Below are positions 37,021-55,190 of a stretch of 64,000 bases of DNA, piece by piece (within the stretch, counting starts at the first letter, position 1; each line of letters starts with the position of its first letter). The position numbers were made by a program, and so were the translations under genes. The notes beneath the pieces were generated by a model. That model saw nothing but the letters and a program-made list of their open reading frames with translations. It was not told the DNA's origin and made no database searches. The stretch is taken from assembly GCA_904063045.1 (NCBI GenBank), contig CAJFCJ010000018.1:310001-374000 (forward strand). Reading direction: 5' to 3'. The stretch is from Dimorphilus gyrociliatus. Lineage: Eukaryota > Animalia > Annelida.

Positions 37021-39621
37021 GAACAGATGAAAGGGCTTCGACCGCCCTACAGCGCTGTGTACAGCACCTCTATCGAATACATCTCATCACGTTTCGACTG
37101 TCATTTTGGCTGGCAAAACTTTCTGAACACAATACGGTGCTAATTCTAATTACCTGTCTCCTGTTTGTTTTCGAACCAGGACGTCCCATGAGAGACTTTC
37201 TTCTTCAGGGGGGAGTGGCGCAGCTGCTATTTTTTAGGGGCGTTCAACAGCAGTTCTTCGGCAATGAATATTAATGAACCAGAAAAGAACACTAATAAGC
37301 AGATAATCTATACACAAGCATCGGGTGTCACTCAAGCTCTCTTCCTTTCATCTCATTATTCTATAATCCTCTCTTTCAATCCTATTAGAATCACCCGACA
37401 CCTCTCTGTTATTCCCGCCCACTTTCCGTGTCTTTTCAATTGCTTCCCATACTCAATTAGCTAGAGGACTTCAAAAAGAAGAAAAAGTTGAGCCATGAGG
37501 ACAAATCAGTATGACAAAAAAGTAATATCTTAAAAAGTATGGCATAAATTGGTAACTCTTAAATTTATGAGCTTTTAATTGCAGATTGAAAAAGTTGGTT
37601 GTCAATGATAATCAATAGCCTCATTTTAATCAGATAAGATGCTATCCATATATAATTACATAACTTAAGAATATGGTTAAAAAATTTTACAAGTGGAAAG
37701 AACAGATGAAACATAATTCAAATTTCCTGATTGGAAACAAACAAAATATTTATATTTTATTGGTCAACTTATTTTCTGACATACAAAAATATATACTTTG
37801 TTTTGTGAGAGTATGGGAATATGCATAGCTCATATTTATCCTCAATACAGTTTAATGCACTCAGTGCACAGTGTGGTATAATTATAATAATTGCCGTTCA
37901 TAAATTGCAGTAGATGATAGGCTAAAGAATCGATATGGTGGCTGTATTTGTTGTCATTCGTGGACTTTCTAACATTTATTTTAACCGTTTTGTTCTCTCT
38001 CAAATGATTTTCTCTAAGGATGAGTACTGCCTGAAATCTCTATTCAGTCAAGACGTTATCTTGGAATGAATTAGACAAGGCAATGTCAATGTGTCAGCAG
38101 CCATCTTGTATCGCATAATGCGTTAATACTCTTAGCAGTGAGTCGCTCTAGATCTTATCTTTCATTCAAGCTTCGGGCATCTTCCAACCTTTCTACAATT
38201 AGACGCACTCTAAATTCACTCTGCACACATGTTCTCAATATGTTTAATTACTCTCCAAATGGTAGTTTAGTTTGAACTTTTCAAATAACTATATTCTTTA
38301 AAATATATACAGTATATATCTGAAAACGTATTAAATTTTATTAAATTTTGTGAAAACTCATAATACATTCATTTGTTCAAGATCTCAGAAGAGGAGATTC
38401 TTCTTAGTATGTAGGTCATACTGATCCGGACAGTTTTACGAAGAGGCATGCGCCACCTGTTCCTCGGAGCAAGTCTCTTTTGCCTCAGGCACATCCTTGA
38501 TTGCTGTAGGCCAAAGGAAGCAAGCCACGTGATAGGGCGTCATTTTGCTACCGCATGCATGCTTCGGGAAAACGATGTGCATTGATGAAGAAAATCTCGG
38601 TGAAATGTGTCGATCTCTCCGTGTTGACAGACTTTATTCTAAAAATTAAATACACTGTTTAAAAAAGATTCTTCAATAAGAAGTTTCTCCATTTGGATTC
38701 AAAAATCAACAGCCTTTAGCACGCAGACGTCAAACAGTGAAAGATGAGCGTCACAAGGTGGACGTCAGCGACTTTCTATAGCTAATTATGGAGCGTCTCC
38801 TAATTAGCTGCCACTTGAGTTGAGGCGTCCGAGTTGTTTTTAATGTGACGTTTTCTCTTCGATCGGCGTCTCTAGCCTGCGGCGTGCTTCATACACAACA
38901 TTTATAATCACAATTCACGCCCATTCTTCCGTTTTCTCCGCCCAGCGTTCGCATATGACGTATGAATTTGGAATTTAGGTGAAAATAGTTCTTTCAAATG
39001 GACTCATTCACTAAAACTAGTCAATTCCCTTAGTTTCAAAATAACTTATTTAGAATTTTTAGTAGTATTTCAGAGGACTTTTAGTCGTTCTTATATTTAA
39101 AATAAACTGCATTGTATTCCTAATTTATGATACGGTAATTTTATATAATCCATAATATGCACTACATACCTAATGTAGGCTGTAAAGAAAAAATTATAAA
39201 CTTGTAAGGTTTTTCGAAGTTATTTTATAAACATAAGTACTGTAAGCATTTATTTATATATAAGGACTGTAGTAACACTTAAATATATGTACACATTCTA
39301 ATATATACATACTGTATATATTCATACAATAGATATTGTATGCGTTTTCATAAATAGAATAGAGACTAAATACAAATTTTTTTGACCACAACATTTAGGC
39401 AGCATGCAAAAGAACAGACATCATTTCACTGATAAACAATAATTTGGTTGGTTATATACATATACATTAATGTATGACAATTAAGTTTTAAAAGTCTCAG
39501 CAGCAGAAGCAAGCCAGTCGGTCGCTCGTTGAAAACACAAAAAAAAATCATTTTGGCACTTAAGGCACATGCAAAATAAAGAACGTATGACTTAGAGATA
39601 CATAAGGAACGAGCAAGAGTT

Positions 39622-42600
39622 CTAATTGGTCATAACGCCAGACGGCGGTGCGTATCCCCACTGATACTGACTATAAGCATTTGCGTTACTAACGTTCATA
39701 TGGTGAGGTGAAATACTCATATTGCTGCCGCATTGCTGGCTCATATCATGATGCATTAGGTTCACATTAGCCCAGGGTTGAGGTTGCATGGGAGGTGTAT
39801 CTGGATGATGCGGGGATGGCATCATACTATTCATGCCTGACTGACAAGTTGCTGGTTCACATTTAATATTTTGATGTGTAATGTGTTGCTGTTGGTTGAC
39901 TGGGGTATGAGAGGATTCAGGGGGAGTGCAAGACGATGGTTGAGGGGAAGGGTCTGCCAATCCAACGCCATTTGCGTCGTCATTGTCCGCGCAGTGAGTT
40001 TGACCGGTTGGACTCTGCTGTGGCGGCGCTTGGCCGTTTGATTGTCCTTGTTTCATAATCTTCTTGAATTTCGAACGTCGGTTTTGAAACCAGATTTTAA
40101 CCTGTGGGAAATTGATTTCTTTTTATTTATTATCTTAAGAAACTATTAAATTCAAAATAACAGTTTGTGGGAATATACGATGAAAATCTAAAGGATCTTA
40201 ATTATTCTAATATGAACTAGCTGATTGTCTCCTATCTTAAATTAATACAAGGTGAAATTGAAACTTATAAATTAACAAAATAATGATGTCATTGAAAGTT
40301 ACTATAATTTAAACTTCACAATCTTTCAAGGTACAAGTGTTTTAGGAGATGTTTTTATAATTTCGGAAATTTTTAAGTACCTTTATACTTGTACCATATA
40401 CTGAATACACTGATACAAGCACAAGGGTGTGGTATTTAAAAAAAGGACGCCTGAAGCATGAAACGTTACTCTTGCTTTGAAGCGTCTCTCTCATCACTTG
40501 ATCAGGTAGACAAGAGACAGTAGCATGCAGTCTTTGTCTTCACCACGACCACCTGCATGTAAAACCCGCCTACTTCCACACTTTCTCCCTTTACTCTCCA
40601 CCGCCTACCGCCCATTTTAGATACGATCGTCATGCGGATGTGCGCATGTACAAAAAATTCCTAAAAATATACTACTAAAGCTAAATTCACGACCATTTTA
40701 GAAAGTTTAACATATACTGAGGTAAAGAAAAATTCCGGTGCTTTACAGTAGGACTTTCTTTGGCGCACATGTCATACGAATGGCGTCGACCTGAATAGCT
40801 GGCTCACAACTAGTCATTACGGCGTTCGTAATCATGCAGATTGCAGACCTCGTGCTGAGACATACAAATTCTTTCGGCACAATGCTGATCGGCTGGACAG
40901 AAGGCGTGATCCGGTCGCCGTCTTTATGTATGGGACTACGAGTTGTATTTGTGGTGTATTGAATTTTGTTTGTCAAAAACCCACATCCCGCATTTCCTTA
41001 TCACCAGTATATAGAAAAGGAAACTCATTTCCTGCCTAGTGGCGCTTACACTAAATAAAACCGTTCTCTGACCAAGCGTACACAATTCTTTCCACTCAAG
41101 TAAATTGATGAAGTGAACGAAATGGCTGAGTGACGTGAACGCCGTCGCCATCTTGCATGCCTTCTGTTCGGCCGTTCGAGCGGTAACTTCAATGCTAGTC
41201 GCACACTGTGCTGTCTCTGATGCTTATCGCTCTATTTACACCTGCATACATCTATATAGTTAAAAAACCTGGCCTTCTTTTTAGATCTTGCATAACGTTT
41301 TAATTATCTTTTTTCTGCTTCCTATTGCCGTTCCTATTCTAACTTACATTTATATATGAGACACACTTTGGTAATATTCTTTAAATAGGATTAAACTTGA
41401 AAAAATTGGTTCTTCTTACGTCATCAGACATGACGTGCACTTGACGTGCGGTCAACAGATGGTCGGCGCGAGATTGAGGGAATTTGGCAATGGGAAAACT
41501 GCTTCTGGCTTATAAATGTATAAGGAAATGAATAGCGGTGGACATGAAAGAAGTAGTGATAGAGAAGCGGCTGCATGCACGACTAACCGCCCAAGTCAAA
41601 TGAAGCCAATTTAAAGAGCACACATACACTTCGTGAATGTTCAGTTCTTCGTCGACAACCGCTGAGATATTTAGGCCTAAGGCCCACATTGCTACTCTAC
41701 AGTCATACATCACATCATCTAAAGCAATTATAGTCATTTAATATCATTTTTGTCAGCACAAAGTGGATAATTATCTCATCGGCTCATTTGTATGTTGAAG
41801 TGTCTATACAAACAGCAAATTATACGATACATTCTATCTGAAATTCATTTATATGGTACACTAACGTTTGATTGAAAGAATTTAGCAAAGTTTGCTATTT
41901 GTTTACATTTCAATTCTTTCTTACTATCAAAATGTTTACTTAACTGAAAGTAAAGAGATAGCTATATATCGTAAAATTATTAAGTAAACTACACTTACAC
42001 ACACATATATATATATACAATATATGTATACTGTTTGTACATATATTAAACCAAATTGTAAGAATAATGGTCTGTAAACTCTAGATGGTATTAGGCTGAT
42101 GTTTTGTGTGGGTTATTACTGAGAGCCAGATAAGAAAATAGGCGCATTTAAAGTGATTGCCTTGAGTAATTTGTATATAATTTCATAGAGCATTATATTT
42201 CGCCATTATGCGACAAAGCGTGCACGTTCAAACATCAGGAATCGCTTAGACAATAAATATATCATGGATAGTCAATAACAAGTCTCCTATTAGGTATAGG
42301 TGTGTTTGTGTAATTCATGTATAATTTTAAAGTTCACTACATTTGTTTGAGGTAAAGCCTAGGATGCGCAAAAAATATGCTAGGTGATAAAACGAATCAG
42401 CAGGACTCCGTCTAGTCCGCATAAGCCTCGGGCTGTAAGCTCATTAGGCTTTATGAGAAATAAATGGCACTGTGGAGATTTTAACATTGAATACTGACAG
42501 AAAGCGCGAGAGTTAAAGTATTTTTGATAGCCGCATAAATGTGACTAATGTATACATTTGCGAACTTAACATTCTTTTAGTACAAATGAAATTGTGGGAA

Positions 42601-43792
42601 ACAAACCTGAGTTTGGGTGAGTCCGAGTGACGCTGCCAATTCAGCTCTTTCAGGAAGCGCCAAGTATTGCGTTCTTTGAAATCTTCTATTCAATTGCTGT
42701 AATTGTAAACTGGAATAAATAGTACGAGGCTTTCTCATTTTCTTTCCTTTTCCATTTAATCTCATCTTTTCTCCATTTTCAACTTCTGTAAAGTCGTACA
42801 AAAATATACTAAATTATGATTTTCTATATGTGCAATAAAAACATCAATCATTATTGATTTACGTTGTATAAGATGAAGGCGATTAACTACTAATCTCAGA
42901 AAGATTATAAAGACGTGCTCTATTTGCAAATCTCATTATATCAATAGAGGTTTTTCGTAAACTTACAATGTGAATTTTGACCAAATCTTATCCTTGAATT
43001 TACTAAGTATATACTATGGTTTATGAAAAGTAATTACTTATTTACAGTATCCGATAGAAGTAGGTTACTTCAATTATTTTCCGTTTAATCGATGATAACA
43101 ACCGAAATTTTTCTATTAATGAATGACAGGCCTTTAATAATGTGTTGTTAAATGTACACTGTTTACATGGGGAATTTTCAAGGGGATAATAACATTAAAT
43201 ACTGCTTCTGTGTTTCATTGCAAAAATGAATTGAGAAACTTCGCACTTTTAAACAAATTATATATAATATAATTATTCAACAAATTGTGTGTACACAACA
43301 CTCTCTATATAGCACGAATACCAGCATTTGGACCTGAAACGAAGGCCTACACTATTCAAACCCTTCGATATTCGATATACATCTTTGTCTAAATTCGACA
43401 ATGCCGTAGCTCGATATAAAACTAGTTGGAAACTCTATACGCGCGCTCTCTTTTACACTTTTACAAATTTTTTTCTTACCGTCTCGTGGTGGAGAAGTTT
43501 GATAATGTCCGTGCATTCCAAAGTGTCCAGCAGTAACAGGACTGTAAGCTGAATGAGGTGGAGCCATACTACTCATTGTACCCATATGTGGACCTCCATA
43601 AGGATTATATCCGAGAGCCCGTTGAACCGAAGAGAAAGAATCCTGTTGAACAGGACCTGATGCGAAAGGACTTGGTCGCATGAAGGTCGGATACGGTAGG
43701 CTCTGCTGAGTTTGCATGTCGACGAAAGTATTCTTTGAATCGATTTGATGTTGCTCCAAGCCGGGATCGTTCGAGCTGCTCGACGACGCCAT
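39622..43792 (-). CDS. Dlx: Dlx/Distal-less homeobox protein, 3 exons (43792-43480, 42785-42607, 40101-39622)
   Basis: [52 protein letters not shown]|[14 protein letters not shown]; phase 1 and phase 0 introns are consistent. Confidence 0.96.
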
Positions 43793-43840
43793 TTTGAAGG
43801 GTGGCAATTTAAGTGATTAGAGTATCGGCGATGAAAAAAC

Positions 43841-43968
43841 TATATATAATGTTGGCTTGGTTGCCAGTGATTAAGTATAATCAACGGTGCTTTTATAAAA
43901 TATGTGAGTAACTGCCACAGTGCTCCAGCTTTTTCCTTACTGGCTCCGCCCTAGTCAGCGCTGATTGG
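43841..43968 (-). promoter_or_regulatory. Probable Dlx proximal promoter
   Basis: TATA-like TATATATA 43841, GC box CTCCGCCC 43944 and CCAAT (GATTGG) 43963 upstream of ATG 43792. Confidence 0.5.
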
Positions 43969-46900
43969 TTGAATTGTTCATGCCGCCAGACGCCAACTGC
44001 TTGATTTGTTCATTGAAAACGCGGTTGCTTTGAAGCTTCTTTCTCACAAAGAATACTGGCCATAATAGACTCGGCTCCGATAAAGTTCTAGCCTGTCTGA
44101 GTATTCTGTTTTCTAATTCGTAGTCGATCGGATGAAAGAAAGAACAAAATTCCGTAAAGATCGATTCTTGATAAAATGCTGATTGCCCCTGTAAATGTTT
44201 ATGTGTCTATCGAAATCAAGATGACGCCAGTCCATCAAATAAAATATTTAAATTAATATTTACTTAAAGATTAATTTATAAACGGCAAAAAGAGTGTTAA
44301 ATAGGCGCTTAATGCGGCTTCAAGAACTAATAAAGTGTTGTAATGCTATAATTAAGCAATTGATCCAATAAGGAAATATAATCAAATTTGCAAAACATTC
44401 GATAAGTTGCAAATAATAGTCTTCAAGGTGTTTTGGGTAAATTATAGAGCCGGTCAAGTATACTTAACTTGTCAATGTCAGTAATTGGTTTTAAGGACAT
44501 CATAGATATCAATATACAAACTATTTATGACAATCTTGAGGAACTAAATCAATTGGTTTAGCAGTTGATAGGCTATAGGGCACACTTTAGATTTCCAGTT
44601 AATAGGGTTGCATTCGTGTGTTCGTGTTTGAAGAATATTTGTTAAGGTCCGCTGGCGCCATAGTGTCGGTAAGAGGCGGGAGTTGGCGTCACTGTTCGCC
44701 ATGGGCCGCATTCAGTCGCTTACTATTGTTATATCCTGTCCATATAGCGTACCCTTTACAGTACTTCGATATTATGTACCATACCGTATATAGATTATTT
44801 ATTTATTTGGTCATTTTCCAAAAAAGTTTAAAGTTGCATGGTAGTCAAAAAAACATCTGCCTGGCCCTGGTATTTACTTTTTGTGAATTGAAGACGTTCC
44901 TAATTTTGTAAAGATTGCGCAACTCTTCGTTGAAAGTTTTAAACAAAGCTCATGATTGTTGTTGTTTATTTAAGGCGAATTCTCGAAAGAATTGGCATCG
45001 AATGAAAAGAGCATATACAAAAGGCCTGATCAGCGGGAGAGTTGGCGCCAAATAAAAAAAAATCGAAGGAGAGGCGTATGAATGATGCTTAAGTAAGTTT
45101 CTCAAGGGACTCGAAAAGGCAATGGGTTAAAGAACACACAGCTTCAGGCCAATTGGTAAAATATCTTTTTTAAGAAGGAAAAAAGTGGCAGGAAAAAGTA
45201 GACACGCAAAGTCTCGAAGGTGGTGCCGTTGAATACGTTCGTCATGTCAGAAATTCGGTGCAGTGTGACAGACTGTCTCCAGTCACGCAGGTAGCCGGAT
45301 GTTCGCTGCACATGATCTTTCGGATCGTCTTGGAAAATCTTTATGCATTTTTTTCACTATCTTAGATCTGGCGTTGTAGCGTGAAGAGACTGTGAAATGA
45401 CCCGAGGCATTCGGCTATTCTACTTCTTCAATACTCTCATACAGATAACAGTTGTTGTAATGTCTTCATTCTTCAGGGCAAAGCACAGATTCCCACGCTG
45501 ACCTATCTTCACTATTATATTTATACTCATGTATAATGTTTGTCATTTTTACTGTTCAGAACATTATGTTCATCTCATGCTCAGAAAGGTTTTTCATGCT
45601 TGCATAATGCCGATGCCGTCGGCGGGATCAACATTTATGTCAAATATTGTTTTATAAATGGCTGTATAGTCTATAGCACGTGTATAACATAATGCAAGTG
45701 ATTAGTGACAAAAAATAGACTGCTTTAGAGATGCTACAGCAATGAAAACCTTTGTTCAGCAACTGCAAAATTTTTTGCAAATGAAATGGAAAGCACAGCA
45801 TAGACTCAGCAAGAAGCGTTTCATTGACACTTTGCTGGGCGACGTCACTCAGTAGGCATCACAATCCCAGCGTGCATCCTTTTCCGGTAGACGCCTAGCA
45901 GTCACGTGGCCTCGTCAACAATTATGTTTGATTAGTGCATTAGTCTACAGTCGAAATTGCGCGTTCGCACTAACTTCTAATTGCTTCCGTGCACCGTCTA
46001 TTACATGCTCCCTAGAAGCGGAAGAGCGTCGAGAAAATAACTGCTCCCCTCCTAAGCTTTGTCTTTGAAGAGATGCTTCTAGTACACTGATTTGCCATCT
46101 CGAGACGTTTTTGTCACTTCTTCAACGACCACTTTGTCCGCGTCAACGAATTCATCGATTTCTCGGTCGACCGTTTAAATTGCGCTATTTCCAGTAGCTC
46201 TGTGACGCAACACTGCAAACTCGTCTAATTTACCTTAGTTCGTTAATGATCTATGCACGCTATGTCAAGTGGATAACGCGTTTTGTATTAAAAATAGAAA
46301 AAATGGCAGGTGAAGGAGATGCTTTGAGGCAGACTTGTCCGAGCCTACTTCCATCTACTGAGAGCGGCTTCTTTCTTCTTCGCTTCTTAATTAATATACA
46401 ACTGAGAATCTAATGATTGGTAGCGTTTAATTGAACAAATTATTTTTGAGAACCAAAGTGCCGAAAAAATAAAGAAAGTTTTCAAAATAATTATTTGTAG
46501 TATGCAAGAGACGCTTTTCTAAAAACAGAATCAATAGAAAATGTGAAAATTCCAGCAGGTAACTAAAAGGTATCTTCACCAGTCACCATATTTATTAACT
46601 ATATATCATTAATTATTTATACATATCAAAGCTAAAAACAAGTCGATATTGGCAAAATGTCATGACAAGGGGTCGATATAATTGCGATCATCGAACGACC
46701 TTTGACCGTGACCACGCGTGTCACTGTCATGGCCCACTTCCTTCTTTTTGCGGTAAATATATACTTATAAGACTAATACACGGTTCATTTAGGGGCGAGT
46801 AGAGCCACGGCCCAATTCAAATCACTAGTCCTAGTTTTCACAAATTATTGTATTTTTCTTGGTTTTTATTTAAACTATTAAAAATCGGGGTTGACAAGAA

Positions 46901-47620
46901 GACAATTTATTTTTATCAATATATTGATTATTCATTTTTAAATAATTCTCTAGTCATGGATTTTACTACCTATGACGTCGTTCAGAGTATATGAAATTGC
47001 ATGTTATTCTATAATTACTAGTGTACCAGCAAATATTAAAGCGAACTGAAAAAATAGAAGTCTTGAGATCCGCATGGAAAAAACTGATCAAATTTCAAAA
47101 TTTTACCGATAGGGAAGTGCGTGTATGATAGGAGGAGTTTACTGTGTGAATATGACGTCAGCGCACGCTCCCGCTTCTACAAACACGCACAAATCTTCGA
47201 GTTGACATCACGAAACTTTATGTATACACACATACAATGCACGACAAACCAATCACATACGATTTCTCAACAAAGAATAGTGAATATATAGCGTAAATTA
47301 TGGGTAAAATAATAGTAATCTACTGGGCAGCTGAGACGAATAACAAATAACAGTATCCCTCAATACAATCCTTTTATTCACCTTTCGCACTGATTGCAGT
47401 TTATACGTGCATATTATCGCCTAATTATTGCTCTCATTTTGTATTCATTTTTCACGCTTCTCATATCTGACAGTTCGATTTCAACTTTCTTTTTAATACC
47501 TTACTTTTAATAATGTCTTACAACATCTAGAATTATCCTAACATGGGAATTAATCGTTAACTCTCTAGACTATAAGCTAATCTATTTAACAGAATATTCC
47601 CCTTATAAAGTTTTCAATAT

Positions 47621-47635
47621 CCACTTGGTGGCAGC
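47621..47635 (+). promoter_or_regulatory. CTCF-like motif, forward (CCACTTGGTGGCAGC)
   Basis: One mismatch to consensus; at the Dlx/NR4A junction. Confidence 0.6.
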
Positions 47636-47914
47636 ACAAACAAGACCATTAAAGCGTATTTTCAGCTAAATTAAATAGTTCATTGAATGTTATGGCAAGA
47701 TATGATACGGTCGATAGATCGATAAATCTTATTTTAATAAGATTTTTTCTATATTCATTGATATTCCTAGTTTTAATTTACAATGAAATATCAATAATAA
47801 AAATTTAAGTAAATTGAAATCGTTATGTAAATAATAATCAAGAAATATGGCGCTCTAACATACCTCATCTAATTTTCGTTCTATAACGTATTTGACGTTA
47901 AAATGTAACAAGCA

Positions 47915-47928
47915 ATGCCATCTAGCGG
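47915..47928 (-). promoter_or_regulatory. Perfect CTCF consensus, reverse (CCGCTAGATGGCAT)
   Basis: Exact CCRSYAGRKGGCR match in an extremely AT-rich context, 500 bp 3' of the NR4A stop. Confidence 0.7.
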
Positions 47929-48413
47929 ATGTTTTAATAATCATTTGACACAAAAGTCTTGTTTTAATATTTTAAAGATAATAATATTTCAAAGATATAA
48001 AATACTTGTACATTTATTTATTCCCGAATAAATTTATTTAATTACTTGTCTTATGCGTAATTACATCGACAAATATATTGAAACAGAGACATGAGTACAG
48101 AAATAATGGCAAGAAAAATTTTGTTCTTTCTTATGGTATTATATATACTAAGATACACACTTGTTAGAATGTTTTTAAATTACGAATCTAAATAAATATT
48201 TGAATATAAACAGACATAATAAAATACAATGAGTTTTTAATCGCAGAATAATTTTACATAATTATGATAATAATACAGAAAATTACACAATATTTATCTG
48301 TGTGTAAATGTTTATAATATTCATAACATATTTCTATCTGATATAATATCGACTATACCTATCAATATAGCTTACAAGAATGGCACTCCCCTAAGAGAAA
48401 GCATTTATAAGAT

Positions 48414-53237
<4,824 letters not shown>

Positions 53238-53350
53238 TATTTGACTTGACTCTAGTATTCCAAAATTTCTACTGAATTTATATACAGTCTTCTTTAATTT
53301 CCAAATTTTTTTCTAAAACTGCGGAGAACCCGGAGATTCAAAAAACGTAA

Positions 53351-53438
53351 CCAATTAAACGCGTGCCCTTTTCCAGTAAAACCCCACCCACGTGCCGCTA
53401 TTCTTATTCAAATAAAGGCGGAGCTACGCTCAGCCAAT
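53351..53438 (-). promoter_or_regulatory. Probable NR4A proximal promoter (P1)
   Basis: CCAAT 53351 and 53434, E-box CACGTG 53389 and GC box GGCGGAG 53417, immediately upstream of candidate coding exon 53237-53129. Confidence 0.45.
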
Positions 53439-53533
53439 AAGGAATTTCTCTCAATTTTATCTCGCTTTAGAAGAATATAATCAAATTAAAAATATAGCTT
53501 TTGTCCTTGTTTAAGTAATCTTTCCATTATATA

Positions 53534-53539
<6 letters not shown>

Positions 53540-53582
<43 letters not shown>
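53540..53582. repeat. (AT)n microsatellite, about 21 units
   Basis: Directly visible. Confidence 0.95.
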
Positions 53583-53586
<4 letters not shown>

Positions 53587-55176
53587 GCATACAATCCAAA
53601 AACAGCTTCAAAGTAAATCGGTAGAGTACAATCAACTGGTATTTCTTGATTAACTTTGAATATTTTTTATTTTACGCATAGAATAAATCAAAAGAAAATC
53701 GAATTTTGCACCAAAGCAAATGAGGGTGTGGTAAATGAGATGCATAAAAACTACAAATCTGAGCATCAATTTGGAGGCGCGACTTGAAAAGGAGCCTGCT
53801 AAATCCTTGAAATTCGACGAACTTCCAGCTGTGAAAGTTGAGAGTCCAAAGACATTTCCGAGCTTACAAATCTTTGAAGTGAAATGCACCTGGATATTGT
53901 CATACATCCTTTGCAGATTATTGAACTCGTGTATCAATTAATGTCTACTGGAACAGATAAATTTGAAGAAAAGGTATATTATCCCTCTTATCCTTTCACA
54001 ATTTCACGCACATTTAAATTTTAGGAGATGATGTTGCATCGAATAAGTTCGAACGAAAAATGGCAGAAAATATCACTGAAACGCGACTTTAATACGAAAA
54101 TGTTAACCAAAAGGGTAAAGGCTATGGCATTCGACGGCGGGTGATAATAAGTCAAAATTCTGCTTTGAAAATATCGTACTGACATTTGCATGCGGTATAT
54201 TTGTCTTGTTATAATATTCTCATTTATTGTTGTAGTTTATATACAATATAAATATCATTACATTTGGTGAAAACTCCTAATTAGTAAAGAGGTTATAAAT
54301 GCTTTCTTGTTTGCTTGTAGTCTCTTATCGTGACGTCTGCTGTTATACTAAATGCTATTACTCTGCATGAAAACAAATTTTTATGATGGTTATATTTTAT
54401 TACTTTGTCACCACTTTCAGAACAGTTTACCCGTATCATTAGAGTAAAACGAGTAGAGGACTCGTGCAATTCATAGTTTCGAATGCTAAAGAAAAAATTG
54501 AGAAAACTCGCTTTTCTACAGCTAGTAATAACAGGAAAATGAAATTATTCGAGAGTCATGGAATAAAGAATCCATCTCTTACACGTGCCGACATTAAAAA
54601 ATTTCCCCTAGAGATTTCTTAAACTGCCCCTCATTTCCAGAAAACGACACATTTTTGCATAATTAATTCAACTGTATAGTTCGATAAATTGTTGACAATT
54701 TCCTAAAGAGCAAAGTTTGCTAGTGAAAATGTCACTGCGGAACTACGACCGACAGCAATGTATGTGGTAGATTACTTATAAATGAGAATTTATTAGATAA
54801 AGCACCCATCCTTATATAAGCAAATACATCTATGTGCATAAAATACAGCTAGTTTTTCTATCAGTTTATAGAATACGTTGTTTGTACCTTTCTTCACATA
54901 TCACAAGTTTAGAATAACTGAAAGGTGAAAAGTATTATAAATGTAATGTGGTAAACCATATGATTTAACATTTATTTTTAATAAAAATGTTCCAAAGGTG
55001 GGAAACAGATTATTCATTCATTCCAAGTGAGTGATAAAAAACTGCATATTTTACATTTTGAGTAAAGGCAATTAATTGTCTGACGTAAACTTTAATAAAT
55101 ATTTCTATTTTACTGATATTAGAAATGTTACACTATATTAGCCAAGAGATAGCAGCACTGAAAAAATGTCCGAACC

Positions 55177-55190
55177 ATGCCCTCTAGTGG
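55177..55190 (-). promoter_or_regulatory. Perfect CTCF consensus, reverse (CCACTAGAGGGCAT)
   Basis: Exact consensus, between the two candidate NR4A promoters. Confidence 0.7.

Noticed and set aside
40743-41151. Short ORFs in Dlx intron 2 as a nested gene or alternative exons
   Set aside because: No consistent splice phases with Dlx exons and no recognisable product; treated as an enhancer-like island.
53889-53946. Possible extra NR4A exon (MYDNIQ|) joining exon 50527 in phase 0
   Set aside because: Donor GTGCAT is weak and there is no supporting promoter evidence; not called.
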